Virus record (IMG/VR): IMGVR_UViG_3300024310_000002
Coordinates: 1 to 63,939 of that record
Strand: one strand, 5' to 3'
DNA: 63,939 nt
Source of the DNA: a virus
Lineage: Duplodnaviria; Caudoviricetes
Shown here: positions 18,448 to 27,883 of the stretch, in pieces
Layout: each line of letters starts with the position of its first letter
Position numbering within the stretch: position 1 is the first letter of the stretch
The notes under the pieces: model-generated
What the model saw: only the letters and a program-made list of their open reading frames with translations
Told to the model about the DNA's origin: nothing
Databases searched by the model: none
Position numbers and translations under genes: made by a program

Positions 18448-20412
18448 TTACAGCGGACGGTCACCCTCGTCCACGGGGATCGCACCCTTATTCGTGACTG
18501 CATCCCGGATATTGCGCGCGGAGGAGCCGTACCGGGCCTTGCCTTCGTCCACTGTGCTCTGCACCGCATCTATGACGCTCTGCGGGATATGCTCGCCGTA
18601 GATCGACTTCAGCGCGTTGTAAGCCGTGCTCCCGATCTTCGCGGCAGCATTGCCGATAGCACCGACGGGGCCGCCCTCTTCCACGAACTTGGCTGCACCG
18701 CGGCCGACGTCGAGCGCGCCCTGCGCCACCTTGTCGATGGTGGACGGCTTGTCGCTCGCCTCCATGTCAGCGTTGATCTTGTCGGTGGCCGCCTTCACCT
18801 TCTGCGCGCGCGAGTTCAGGATGCTGTTCAGCTGATCGTCGTCGAGCTGTACCTTGAGCTTGCCGCCGAAGTCCACGACGTTGGGCTTGCCATCCTCACC
18901 GGGCTTGACCTTGAACGCGGGCTTCTCCGGATCGTCGCCCATGCTCAGCATTGCGTGCGCCGCGCGCGCCACCTCGTTGGCGGTGGCCTTCGGGTTCTGC
19001 TGGTAGATGTGCTGCGCGACGTTGCTAACTTCGCTCCACTGCTCCTCGTCGGCCGGCTTGCCTTCGTTCTTCTTGGCCCAGTCAGCCTTCAGCTTCTCGA
19101 TCTCGCCGCCGACAGTCTCAGCCTCCTTGGCGCGATCGCCAGCGCTCTGCGTCTTCCCGCCGCCGGTCTTGACTGCTCCCTGCTCAGCGGGCTGCGCGCC
19201 GGCCGCTGCCATCAACGCCTTGTCGAAACCACCCGTCGCGAGGCCCATGGCGCTGGCAGCGAGCTGCTGCGGCGTGGCGATGCCCTTCGCGATCACGTCA
19301 CCCTTCTCGTCGGTGTACGTGTACATGAGGCCGCCGTCCGGGTTCGGGGCGATCTCCAAGTCCTTGCCGTCGGGCACGTTCTGGTACGCCTTGAGCGCGG
19401 CCTTGGTGGCGAGGTCCATGTTGCCGCCCTCAGCCGCCTTCGCTGCAATGGCAGCGTAGCGCTGCGACGCGCCGCGGTAGTACTGCATCATCTGGAACGC
19501 GACACGACGCGCCTTGTCCGGCTCGCCCTTGTTCGCCCAGAACTGGTACACGCTGCCGAGCGCTGCCATGTTGCGCTGGCTCTCGGTCAACTTCCCTTCG
19601 GGGTCGACAGCCTGCTTGGCGGCCGCCATCTCCGGCTCAGTCAGCCCGCCTGCACCCTGCGCGATCAGCTGCGCCTTGCGAATTTGAGAGGGCGTCTTGA
19701 CCGCGCCGCCCTGATGCAGCCCGGCCTTCTCGATGCCCCACGTCAGGCCCTCGCGCGCGGCGTCGCTAACCAGTTGCGGCGAGATGATCCCTTCGAGACC
19801 ACGCGGCACGCCAGTGGTGCGGGACCGCGCACTCACATCCGTCGGGGCACCAGCCGGCGCAGCCTCAGTCGGCAGCACGCCCTGCGTCGGAGCCGCTGCG
19901 GCCGGAAGCGCGTCGTCAGCGTCGGCGTCGCCTTCGAGCTCAGCCGGATCGCTCTCCTCCACGAGGCCCCCGTCCGCATACGCGTCCTCGCCAGTGTCGA
20001 GCGTAGACGGCCCAACTGGAAGCGCGCCTTGCACCGGAGCTACTCCGGGCGACGGCGCCACGGGGGCCCCGGGATTGATCGCGCCCGGCACTAAGAGCCC
20101 GGAGCCGCCGGATCGCGCCGCGCGAATGTCGTTGATGCGCTCCTGCAGGAGTTCGCGGGACAGCGCCGCATTCTTGGAGGCATCGCCGCGCGCGGAAGCA
20201 CTAAGCCCCATACGCTGGTTGGTCGCAGCAAGCGTGGCCTGTGCCTGCTTCTTGGCGAGCTCCAATGTCTCGGGGTCGTTGTCCCGCTCCATCTTCGCCT
20301 TAGCAGCCTGACCTTGGATGTCCTTGTAGTCCTGATCCGTCCGGGACGCGTTGATGCTCTGCCCGGTCTTGTAGGCGTTCAAGAAGTCCTTCATTTCGGC
20401 AGAAAAGCTCAT
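18448..20412 (-). CDS. Internal virion/DNA ejection protein
   Basis: 654 aa Ala-rich helical protein between nozzle/GNAT and giant protein; YADGGLV motif. Confidence 0.6.
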   Translation of the reverse strand: MSFSAEMKDFLNAYKTGQSINASRTDQDYKDIQGQAAKAKMERDNDPETLELAKKQAQATLAATNQRMGLSASARGDASKNAALSRELLQERINDIRAARSGGSGLLVPGAINPGAPVAPSPGVAPVQGALPVGPSTLDTGEDAYADGGLVEESDPAELEGDADADDALPAAAAPTQGVLPTEAAPAGAPTDVSARSRTTGVPRGLEGIISPQLVSDAAREGLTWGIEKAGLHQGGAVKTPSQIRKAQLIAQGAGGLTEPEMAAAKQAVDPEGKLTESQRNMAALGSVYQFWANKGEPDKARRVAFQMMQYYRGASQRYAAIAAKAAEGGNMDLATKAALKAYQNVPDGKDLEIAPNPDGGLMYTYTDEKGDVIAKGIATPQQLAASAMGLATGGFDKALMAAAGAQPAEQGAVKTGGGKTQSAGDRAKEAETVGGEIEKLKADWAKKNEGKPADEEQWSEVSNVAQHIYQQNPKATANEVARAAHAMLSMGDDPEKPAFKVKPGEDGKPNVVDFGGKLKVQLDDDQLNSILNSRAQKVKAATDKINADMEASDKPSTIDKVAQGALDVGRGAAKFVEEGGPVGAIGNAAAKIGSTAYNALKSIYGEHIPQSVIDAVQSTVDEGKARYGSSARNIRDAVTNKGAIPVDEGDRPL

Positions 20413-20422
20413 GGTGCCTCAC

Positions 20423-21595
20423 TTAGACAGGGAGTGCACCCTGTTGTGCTTGGGGCCGGGGCTGGAACGCAGGATCGGACGGCGCCGGGCCGGCGACCGG
20501 CTTCTGCTGCGGCTTGGCCCCAGCCTCCTGCTTCGCCTTGCGGGCCTTCATAATCAAGTCCTGCATGAACTTCTCGCCGTACCACGACGTGACGTCCTTC
20601 GGCACGACGAACTCGCCAGCGTTCAGCTTGGCCGGGCCACCGGGGGCTACAGCGTCCACGTCGTCAATCGCGGCGCCGCCAGTGGGTGACATCTCGGCCG
20701 GGACCGCACCGCCGCCGATATCGTCGACCGCGCCACCGTCCTCGAGGAACGCCAGAGCGCCGGAAAGTGCGCCGCCAGATGCGAACGCGCCGCCCTTGCC
20801 CAGCATGCTCGCGCCGAGCCCCAGCAGCGAGCCCAAGCCGGACGAGGAGCTGTTCGCGATCTCGGCGCTCTTCGCCTGATTGCTGAAGTCCGTGTTCTGG
20901 GTGTTGACCGCGCCAGTGAGCGCGTTCGTGCCCTGACCGGTCCACTGCAGGCCGGTGCCGAGGAGCTGGCCGCCCGTGGCCGCCGTCGTGTTCGCGCCGC
21001 CGACAGCGCCCGTACCGGCACCTGCGGCCGTAGAGGCGTTCTGGTTCGCCTGCCCGGCGAGCTGGTTACCTTCGGTCAAAATCTGCTGGTTGGTCTGGTC
21101 AGCCAGTGCGTCGTCGGTCCGGCTGGCGATGTTGCCAGCGCCCACGCGCGAAGCGGCATCCTGCAAGCGCGCAGAAGCGTCGAGGCCAGCATACCGCACA
21201 GCGCCCGGGTTGAGGCCGTAGCTCTCCAACTCGGCCATGGTGGAGTGGCGCGCCGCCTCGTTCGCCTGAGCAGCACCGGCCTCCGCAGCGCCGATGTCGG
21301 CCGCCTTGCGGTTGGGATCAGTGTACTTGGCGTACTGGTCCTTGAGGTTCTGTAGCCCCGACGAGATGGTATCGTTCGCCTGCCCCGCGCGCGTGGTGGC
21401 CAGCTGGTTAAACTGGTCCTGCGTATTGAGGAGGCCCTTGTTGACCTGATCGAGGAGGTTCTTGTTGTTCGCAACCTGATCCTGCGCCCACTTCAGGCTC
21501 TCGTCCGCGTGGGTCTTCGACGCGTTGGCGATGTCCTGAAACGCAGTGAGATAAGGGGAGTAGTTGGGCGCTGCCGGGGTCTGCTGATCGCTCAT
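20423..21595 (-). CDS. Internal virion/DNA ejection (pilot-like) protein
   Basis: Gln/Asn/Ala-rich, Gly-rich hydrophobic segment, DGG...DDV...LNAGEFVVP motif. Confidence 0.6.
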   Translation of the reverse strand: MSDQQTPAAPNYSPYLTAFQDIANASKTHADESLKWAQDQVANNKNLLDQVNKGLLNTQDQFNQLATTRAGQANDTISSGLQNLKDQYAKYTDPNRKAADIGAAEAGAAQANEAARHSTMAELESYGLNPGAVRYAGLDASARLQDAASRVGAGNIASRTDDALADQTNQQILTEGNQLAGQANQNASTAAGAGTGAVGGANTTAATGGQLLGTGLQWTGQGTNALTGAVNTQNTDFSNQAKSAEIANSSSSGLGSLLGLGASMLGKGGAFASGGALSGALAFLEDGGAVDDIGGGAVPAEMSPTGGAAIDDVDAVAPGGPAKLNAGEFVVPKDVTSWYGEKFMQDLIMKARKAKQEAGAKPQQKPVAGPAPSDPAFQPRPQAQQGALPV

Positions 21596-22038
21596 GCCGC
21601 GTCATCCTTGTCGAGCTGGTAGACCTTGGGCTTGATCTTGAGCCACCTGCAATCGGCGCGCTCCATCGTCAATACCAGCATGTCGCCGTCAGGGTACGCA
21701 TCTTTGATCCGCGCTTCCTCTTTAAACCCGAGCCGCCGATTAAAATCAAGCAGTTCCTGATTGCTCGAGTTGATCGTCCCGGCGACCTTGCGCACGCCCA
21801 GCTGGTTGAAGGGGTAGTCGAACACGATCCACATCATGTTGCCGACCAGCCAATTGCGGCTGAAGCTGGCCTGATGCATGAAGATGCAACCGCCTGTGAA
21901 GCCATCGTAAATGACGCCGCCCTGCAGATTACCTTCCGGGGTAACCTTGCTGATCACGACGTCGAACGCCGGGTTGTAGTGACGCGGGATCGCCGCAGCG
22001 ATCTGGAAGCCGTGCGCTACGTTTCCGAACTCGATCAC
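21592..22038 (-). CDS. GNAT-family acetyltransferase-like protein of the tail module
   Basis: FDYPFNQLG...N...FNRRLGFKEEARIKDAYPDGD. Confidence 0.8.
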   Translation of the reverse strand: MIEFGNVAHGFQIAAAIPRHYNPAFDVVISKVTPEGNLQGGVIYDGFTGGCIFMHQASFSRNWLVGNMMWIVFDYPFNQLGVRKVAGTINSSNQELLDFNRRLGFKEEARIKDAYPDGDMLVLTMERADCRWLKIKPKVYQLDKDDAA

Positions 22039-22229
22039 TTAGGCACCTGCGTCGGCAGGGCGAGGCCGAGGTCGATCAGGTCCTGCCACGTGATCACGCT
22101 GTTGAGACGGTTGCCGCGGACGCCGGTCATGATCTCAAGCGTCTCCTTCAACGCAAGGTCACTGCGTCGAAGTGCTTCCGGCTCCAGAGAAGGCTCCGGG
22201 ATCGAAGGGTAGCGTTGGACTGCCATCAC
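22035..22229 (-). CDS. Small virion-associated protein
   Basis: Coupled between nozzle and GNAT; LKETLEIMTGVRG. Confidence 0.65.
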   Translation of the reverse strand: MMAVQRYPSIPEPSLEPEALRRSDLALKETLEIMTGVRGNRLNSVITWQDLIDLGLALPTQVPK

Positions 22230-24031
22230 ACACCTGCGAGTTCTTTGGCGCTCGTTGCGACCTGTATCACGTCGATCTGCACGCGCGCTTCGACTTCGAA
22301 TTGCCAGAAATCCGCCTTGAAGCCCGACGGCAATCTAAACTGCTCGCCCGACACGCGTATCTCGCGGGTCATCACAAGGTCGCCGTCAGCGTACGCCCGG
22401 AACAGCCCCCACTGTGTCGCCTGCAATGTCTGCGGCGATCCGAATACTTCGACGGGGTTCAAGTCCACGGTGCCCGGCGGTACCGTGAAGAAGACTTTGG
22501 CGACGTTGAAGTTGTCCTTCTTCGGCGTCTGGAAAATCTTCGAGCGCCACACGAACGGCGCCTTGGTCTGGTTGACGTCGCTGATATCCAGCCACTGTAC
22601 CTGCGCGTTCTGGATCACGAACACTTCGCCCGACCACACATCGACCATGACGTTCGTAATCGGGTCATCAGTGGACAGATTGTTGAATGCCACCGTCTGC
22701 GATGTCGGGTCGATCAGCATACCGTTGCGCGCGCCGCCGAAATCTGAAAGCTGTACGTAGTCGTTCTGAAACGTGTCCGTCTGGAACACGCCAAGGATCG
22801 CCTGCCCAAAGGCGTAATACGCGGCGCCAAGCTGTGCTGCCCGGAGCGTGTTTATCTGCACGAGGGCGTTCCACTTGTCCTTGCGGATAAGCTCCTTCGT
22901 GGCAATCACGACGCCGCCGGACGAGACAAGTGCAAGGCCCGAGGGCGTGGAGAAGTACACGCCGTCCGTCGTCGACAAGATGCTGCCGCGAGACGTGCAC
23001 GGCATCAGGCCGGCGATCTTCTGCAGCGACATGGACGATGGATGTGCACCGTTGATGGTATACGCGAAGCCGTCGGTACACACGACCAGCGCGTTGTTCT
23101 GCACGCCGAGACCAACGATCGGGTACTCCACCGCGAGCGTGTATATCGCCGGCCATGCATGCATGCGGTACGGTTCGCAGAACCAAATCTCGTTGTTGCG
23201 GAAGCCGGCGACAATGCCGTTCGTCATCGACACCCAGCCCTGCAGATCGCTCGGCGGCCCTGACCAGTTCGTGCTCTCGATCTCAGCGTTGAGGCCGATA
23301 ACTGCATCAGTGTTCACCGCGGCGTTGTCCGCGTAACTCACGGTGCCAACGGCGACTTCAGTCACAAAGAAGTACGTAGTCGTGCCGTTGGTTGCAGTGA
23401 TGGTGCGGTAGAGCCGCATCTTCGTGATGTTGCGGTTGGTGCCTGTGTCCAGCGGGTCGGGCTGCGCGAAGGTGATCGTGTACGTCGCATCAATCTTCTG
23501 CGCAGTGTAAATCTTCGGAGCGCTCGGCGGCCCCTCTTCGCCGTACGCCGATACGAACGTCTGCACATAGGCGACGCTCTTCAGCGTGGCGCTGGCACCG
23601 CCGCTGACAATGCCGGTGATCGCGCCGGGCGCTGGAATGCCAAGAAGATATGCGCCGGCGAGCGCGGGGGCCGCAGCTTGCAGCTGCGTATACGTCATGT
23701 ATCGCGGCGCATCGAGCGGCGAGGCCCAGTAGAACCTGTCATATGTGTCACCAACAACCTGCGTGCGGAGCACGTCAGTGTCAGGATGCGCAAACTCCAG
23801 CCACAAGCTGTCGCTGAGATGGAGCGCGTCGGTGTAATTATTGGGGACGCGGTACACCTTGGTCGCGTTGACGTTCGTCAGCGAGCGAAGGACTTTCCGT
23901 ACCGGGAGGCCGACGACTGATCCTGAATAAGTCCAAGTGTCTTCGGCGAACGCAGCATTGATTGGTGCCAGCAGACTGTCATCGACTGCTGGCACCATTC
24001 CGCCGAACGGAGAAATCCGCGCGGCGACCAT
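22226..24031 (-). CDS. Tail nozzle/tubular protein B-like (packaged-DNA stabilisation)
   Basis: 601 aa beta-rich; FGGMVP start, YVQTFVSAYGEEGPPS, FCEPY..HAWP, FVWRSK. Confidence 0.75.
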   Translation of the reverse strand: MVAARISPFGGMVPAVDDSLLAPINAAFAEDTWTYSGSVVGLPVRKVLRSLTNVNATKVYRVPNNYTDALHLSDSLWLEFAHPDTDVLRTQVVGDTYDRFYWASPLDAPRYMTYTQLQAAAPALAGAYLLGIPAPGAITGIVSGGASATLKSVAYVQTFVSAYGEEGPPSAPKIYTAQKIDATYTITFAQPDPLDTGTNRNITKMRLYRTITATNGTTTYFFVTEVAVGTVSYADNAAVNTDAVIGLNAEIESTNWSGPPSDLQGWVSMTNGIVAGFRNNEIWFCEPYRMHAWPAIYTLAVEYPIVGLGVQNNALVVCTDGFAYTINGAHPSSMSLQKIAGLMPCTSRGSILSTTDGVYFSTPSGLALVSSGGVVIATKELIRKDKWNALVQINTLRAAQLGAAYYAFGQAILGVFQTDTFQNDYVQLSDFGGARNGMLIDPTSQTVAFNNLSTDDPITNVMVDVWSGEVFVIQNAQVQWLDISDVNQTKAPFVWRSKIFQTPKKDNFNVAKVFFTVPPGTVDLNPVEVFGSPQTLQATQWGLFRAYADGDLVMTREIRVSGEQFRLPSGFKADFWQFEVEARVQIDVIQVATSAKELAGV

Positions 24032-24034
24032 CGA

Positions 24035-24352
24035 TTACGCCTTGCTCGGGGCTTCGGCGTCCTTGGCACGGGCCGCTTCGAGCGCCGACGCGACCGGCTT
24101 GTTGCGTTCGAGAGCTTTCCGACCGGCTTCCATCTCGTCGATCGTCGACTGCGGCACGGAGGGGGTCGCCTCCTTAACCGGGGCGTCTTCGTCGACGGGC
24201 GGCGCCGGATTGGTGATCAGGCTCGCGCCAGCGCGCGGCTGCACCTTGGTGCTTTCGGGGGCTTTGTTGACCGGAGCCGGAGCGGCGGCCGGAGCGGGAG
24301 CGGGAGAAGCTACCGGGGTAGCCGCCGGGGCCGGCTTGGTTTCGTCAGTCAT
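24035..24352 (-). CDS. Pro/Ala-rich hypothetical protein
   Basis: In-operon ORF. Confidence 0.6.
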   Translation of the reverse strand: MTDETKPAPAATPVASPAPAPAAAPAPVNKAPESTKVQPRAGASLITNPAPPVDEDAPVKEATPSVPQSTIDEMEAGRKALERNKPVASALEAARAKDAEAPSKA

Positions 24353-24353
24353 G

Positions 24354-24536
24354 CTAAGAGCCTTTCGGTTGTTTGACCTGTGAGTTCACTGCAGCAACTC
24401 GAGCCCCAGCGTCCTTGCGGCTCGACCCACCTTGAGTAACCCCGATATAGGGTTTCTTCAAGCTGTCTTTCATGGCGCGGTACATCGTGTCGAGCTTCAA
24501 CCCCGGCATGACGACTTTGTTCGGGTTCTTCGCCAT
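24354..24536 (-). CDS. Small basic hypothetical protein
   Basis: AAGGA RBS; coupled to upstream stop. Confidence 0.55.
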   Translation of the reverse strand: MAKNPNKVVMPGLKLDTMYRAMKDSLKKPYIGVTQGGSSRKDAGARVAAVNSQVKQPKGS

Positions 24537-24808
24537 CACGGAATTCCTTTGGTAGCCCATGGTTTCGTCAGCCACCCCCAATTGGACGCGAGGTAGCCGA
24601 CGATGACGCCCACCACCGGGAGCGCCCAGAAAATCCCTGTCCCCATGACGTAAGCTTTTTCGAGCTTGGCCAGACGGCCTTCCAGCCCCTCTTTCTCTTT
24701 CGTCAGGACCGCGACGCGATAGGCGAGCAACTGTATCCTGACGTTCGGGTCGGACGTGTCACTGAGGGCGAGCTTCAGGAGCTCGTCGTCGGATGGCATC
24801 CCGTCCAT
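24536..24808 (-). CDS. Single-TM membrane protein, possible holin/antiholin
   Basis: Coiled coil then hydrophobic GIFWALPVVGVIVGYLA; follows spanins. Confidence 0.5.
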   Translation of the reverse strand: MDGMPSDDELLKLALSDTSDPNVRIQLLAYRVAVLTKEKEGLEGRLAKLEKAYVMGTGIFWALPVVGVIVGYLASNWGWLTKPWATKGIP

Positions 24809-24837
24809 ACTGCGGAGCTCCAGAGCAGCCCGGACTA

Positions 24838-25113
24838 TCAACGCCCGAGGAAGCTTTTGCTGTAAGTGGTCTTCATCTTCGTCCACGCGTTCTTCGCGCC
24901 GACGATGATACTGTTCTGGCGGACGATCACCTGCTTGCGCTGCTCCGCAACGACGTACGGCGAGGTGCCCTCGCGCGCGGGCGGCACAGCCGCCGGCTGT
25001 AGATAGGTGGGCGGTCCGGGAATGTTGCGCGTGACCGGTTCGCGCAGCGTAGAGTTACTTGCGCAGCCTGCTCCCGCGAGGCTCAGGGTCAGCAGTAGAC
25101 TTGTCGTACACAC
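24838..25113 (-). CDS. o-spanin (Rz1-like lipoprotein)
   Basis: GTG start, LLLTLSLAGAG-C lipobox, Pro-rich; overlaps 3' end of i-spanin. Confidence 0.75.
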   Translation of the reverse strand: MCTTSLLLTLSLAGAGCASNSTLREPVTRNIPGPPTYLQPAAVPPAREGTSPYVVAEQRKQVIVRQNSIIVGAKNAWTKMKTTYSKSFLGR

Positions 25114-25432
25114 ACTTCGAACCGGGCTGCGAAGATAGCTGTTTCTGGAGCTTTGCGATCGTTTCATCGTCCACCTTTTTCTGCTGGGTGAGGGCGTTAG
25201 TGATTTCGAGGTCCTGAGCACGGCCTTCTTTCTCGGCCTGCAGGTCCTGCGCATCGGCTGCTCGCTGCGCTCGTCTAGCCTGCTCCTCGCATTTGGCATG
25301 CTCAACCCGCCTACCACGAATATCCCCTGCGATGAACACTGCACCAAGTACGACAATAGTGGCAATGAACTTCTTCAGCCAATCCGGGATCGCGCTGTAG
25401 AACGCCATGATCGGCAGAAGGAAGGCCGGCAT
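25055..25432 (-). CDS. i-spanin (Rz-like)
   Basis: N-terminal TM then coiled coil, directly after endolysin. Confidence 0.78.
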   Translation of the reverse strand: MPAFLLPIMAFYSAIPDWLKKFIATIVVLGAVFIAGDIRGRRVEHAKCEEQARRAQRAADAQDLQAEKEGRAQDLEITNALTQQKKVDDETIAKLQKQLSSQPGSKCVYDKSTADPEPRGSRLRK

Positions 25433-26715
25433 CAGTTGATCTTTCCTTCGTTGTAGTCCTTCACCGTGGCGTCCTGCGCGGTCTTCGCAGCGAGGAAGAT
25501 GCCGGCGGCCAATGCTGCAACGCCGAGAAGCCAGAACTCAGTGGGAACTGCGGATAGCGTATCTTTGATCTTGCCGATGTAGCTGGTGGGATCGTCACCA
25601 AACAGCGTCTTCATTCCGGCCCCTATGGCGGCGGGTGCACCCATGATCCACGCCAGCAACTTCGTATACCAAGTCGCGTTCACGGATGCAACCTTCGGTG
25701 CAATATCCTTAGCCGTTGCATTCGCGCGCGTGGTAGCGATAGGCCGCGACCACGGGCTACCGTCGGGAAGTTTGTCAGCCTTCGCGGCTGCGAGCTCGGC
25801 CTTCAGGTCCGGGGTAATACGGCCCCTGTTCGGGTCCTTCCCACGGTCGGTCATGAATGCTGCGACGCCGGCTACGAACTTGCCGCCCATGAGCCCGTCG
25901 GGCTCTCCCACCTCGAAATACTTGAAGTCGATCAGCTGACGCTGGATCAACTCCACTTCGAGCGAGTACTTTCCTCCGTGCGGCTGAATATTGGCGTGCT
26001 GCTCCGGCGCAGGCTCGTTACCCGTCGGGGTAACGTCAACCTCTTCCGGATCATCCCTGTCGTCGCCGGTGTCTACACGCGACGTCGTGTCGACCTTCGC
26101 TGCATGGAGGCTGGCGCGCCACAGATCAGCTTCTTCGTCGCGACGGCGCAGCAGGCCCGGCACGCGGGGGTTCTGCCACAGCCGTTTCATGGCGCGGATT
26201 TCAGCTTCGACCCTCTCCCAATCACCAGACGTGACCAGCGTGCGGATATTGCGCATCTCCGCGTAGCGGTCGCCTTGCTTCGTGTAGCTAGCACCGCGAT
26301 TGTAGGTGAGGCTCGCGAGCACGCCGAAGCAGCCGGCCGGGAGCTTGTCAGCCGCCGGGATCGCGCGTAGCGTAGACGCTTCAAACTTCGGCAGGCTCGT
26401 CTTCATGAACACCTGCATCGCGGCGTCCCACGACACATTTATGTCGCGTCTCGCTTCTGCGAGCGCAGCACGCGCACGCGTACCAGTCTCGCCGGCGTAG
26501 CGCTGCATCGCGCGGATCACATCCGGCGTGAGGTAGTTCTTCCAATCCTCGAGAATGTCGTCGCGCGTGTTGTAGCCGAGGTCGTAGCCGATGCCGACCG
26601 TGATGCCTGATGCACCGCCGGGCCACTCAGGGCGCTGGTACTTCTTCTCGTAGACTTCCTTGCTCGTCACTTCGTGGGCGACGATCAAGTCTACTGCTGC
26701 GCGAGATGACCTCAT
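25432..26715 (-). CDS. Endolysin: lysozyme-fold domain, peptidoglycan-binding domain and C-terminal TM segments
   Basis: HEV...WPGGASGITVGIGYDLG...YNRG...GLLRRRDEEA; IQRQL...GEPDGLMG. Confidence 0.85.
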   Translation of the reverse strand: MRSSRAAVDLIVAHEVTSKEVYEKKYQRPEWPGGASGITVGIGYDLGYNTRDDILEDWKNYLTPDVIRAMQRYAGETGTRARAALAEARRDINVSWDAAMQVFMKTSLPKFEASTLRAIPAADKLPAGCFGVLASLTYNRGASYTKQGDRYAEMRNIRTLVTSGDWERVEAEIRAMKRLWQNPRVPGLLRRRDEEADLWRASLHAAKVDTTSRVDTGDDRDDPEEVDVTPTGNEPAPEQHANIQPHGGKYSLEVELIQRQLIDFKYFEVGEPDGLMGGKFVAGVAAFMTDRGKDPNRGRITPDLKAELAAAKADKLPDGSPWSRPIATTRANATAKDIAPKVASVNATWYTKLLAWIMGAPAAIGAGMKTLFGDDPTSYIGKIKDTLSAVPTEFWLLGVAALAAGIFLAAKTAQDATVKDYNEGKIN

Positions 26716-27581
26716 AGCTTCACCATGACGTTGAGGGCGACCACAGGATGGATGGTGTTGTGCGCGGTGCCGCTACCAGAGCTGGCCGTCGTGTTGTTTC
26801 CGTTGGCGCTGTCGACACGGACGCCAGTCGAGCTGATGCTCGTATTGATGTTCGTGGAGCTCACGCACGCAGCGAAGGAGCCGCCGCCAGTCTGACCGCC
26901 CGAGATGACAGGGGCTGCGTAGCTGTGCGAATGGCCCGGGTCGAATATCACAGCCGCGTGGAAGTGCGGCCCGTTCTCTGCCGAAGTCAGCGCGTGTCCT
27001 TCCTCGCCGTACAACGTACCGAGAACACGTGCACTGGTCCCGTCGAACGTGGCCGTACCTGCACCCATGGGAGACCGCCCGATAAGGTTCGGCACGCGGA
27101 TCGTTTTGTTCGCGTTGAAGTCGTTGGTGGCGTTGCCAGTGCGGCCGCCGGACACCGGAGCGATGGTGTCGTTGCAGGCGTTGTAGATCAGCGTGAACAG
27201 CGCCAAGCAGTCTGCGTTCGCGCGCGACACGCCGCCGGAAGCCGCGTTGCCGATGGTGTTGCCATAGTTGCCCGCACCGCCAAGGATCAGCACCCACCCT
27301 GCCGACGCCGTAGTCTTGAACGTGTACTTGACGTCACCCGTCTCGAACAGCCCCAGCACCGAAGCCAGAGCAGCTGCATCGGCCGAAGAGAGTAGGCTCG
27401 CCATGTAGGCGCTGATTGGAATTTCCTCGAACACGCCCGTGCCCGCGGTCAGGCGCCCGAGAAGGTTTCCAGTAGCCATCGACGTCGTATGCGCAGCGTT
27501 CCAGTTGGAAGGCCGCACCAGCGTAGCGTCGCCACCGTCGCCCTTAGCAGAGACAAACGAGTGCTTGATTTGAATGGTCAT
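26712..27581 (-). CDS. Tail fibre protein with collar-like domain
   Basis: ETGDVK...GWV...LFTLI...VPNLIGR...GEEGHALT..ENGPH...HNTIHP. Confidence 0.8.
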   Translation of the reverse strand: MTIQIKHSFVSAKGDGGDATLVRPSNWNAAHTTSMATGNLLGRLTAGTGVFEEIPISAYMASLLSSADAAALASVLGLFETGDVKYTFKTTASAGWVLILGGAGNYGNTIGNAASGGVSRANADCLALFTLIYNACNDTIAPVSGGRTGNATNDFNANKTIRVPNLIGRSPMGAGTATFDGTSARVLGTLYGEEGHALTSAENGPHFHAAVIFDPGHSHSYAAPVISGGQTGGGSFAACVSSTNINTSISSTGVRVDSANGNNTTASSGSGTAHNTIHPVVALNVMVKL

Positions 27582-27883
27582 GGCGGGTCCTTCACCGATA
27601 CAATGATGCCGTCTTGTCTGACCTGCGTCTGCGACGTTGTCATCGTAGCCACGACTTCGTACGTGCTACCGTCGGTGCCGCCGGAGATGTAGTACTGCAC
27701 GCCGAAGCCAGTCGGGAGTATCGCGCTATTGCCGACGACGAGCGGGACAGTCGTCTGTCCTAGAACGGTGAACACCACACTGATCGCTGTCTCTCCGGGA
27801 TCGAGCCAGTCAGTGTAATCGATGGTGTACCGCTTATTCTCGACCGACGTTTTCTGGTATCTTGCGATGCGACCCATCAGCAT
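27578..27883 (-). CDS. Fibre-associated adaptor protein
   Basis: YTIDYTDWL...ISGGTDGSTY beta-rich pattern. Confidence 0.6.
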   Translation of the reverse strand: MLMGRIARYQKTSVENKRYTIDYTDWLDPGETAISVVFTVLGQTTVPLVVGNSAILPTGFGVQYYISGGTDGSTYEVVATMTTSQTQVRQDGIIVSVKDPP

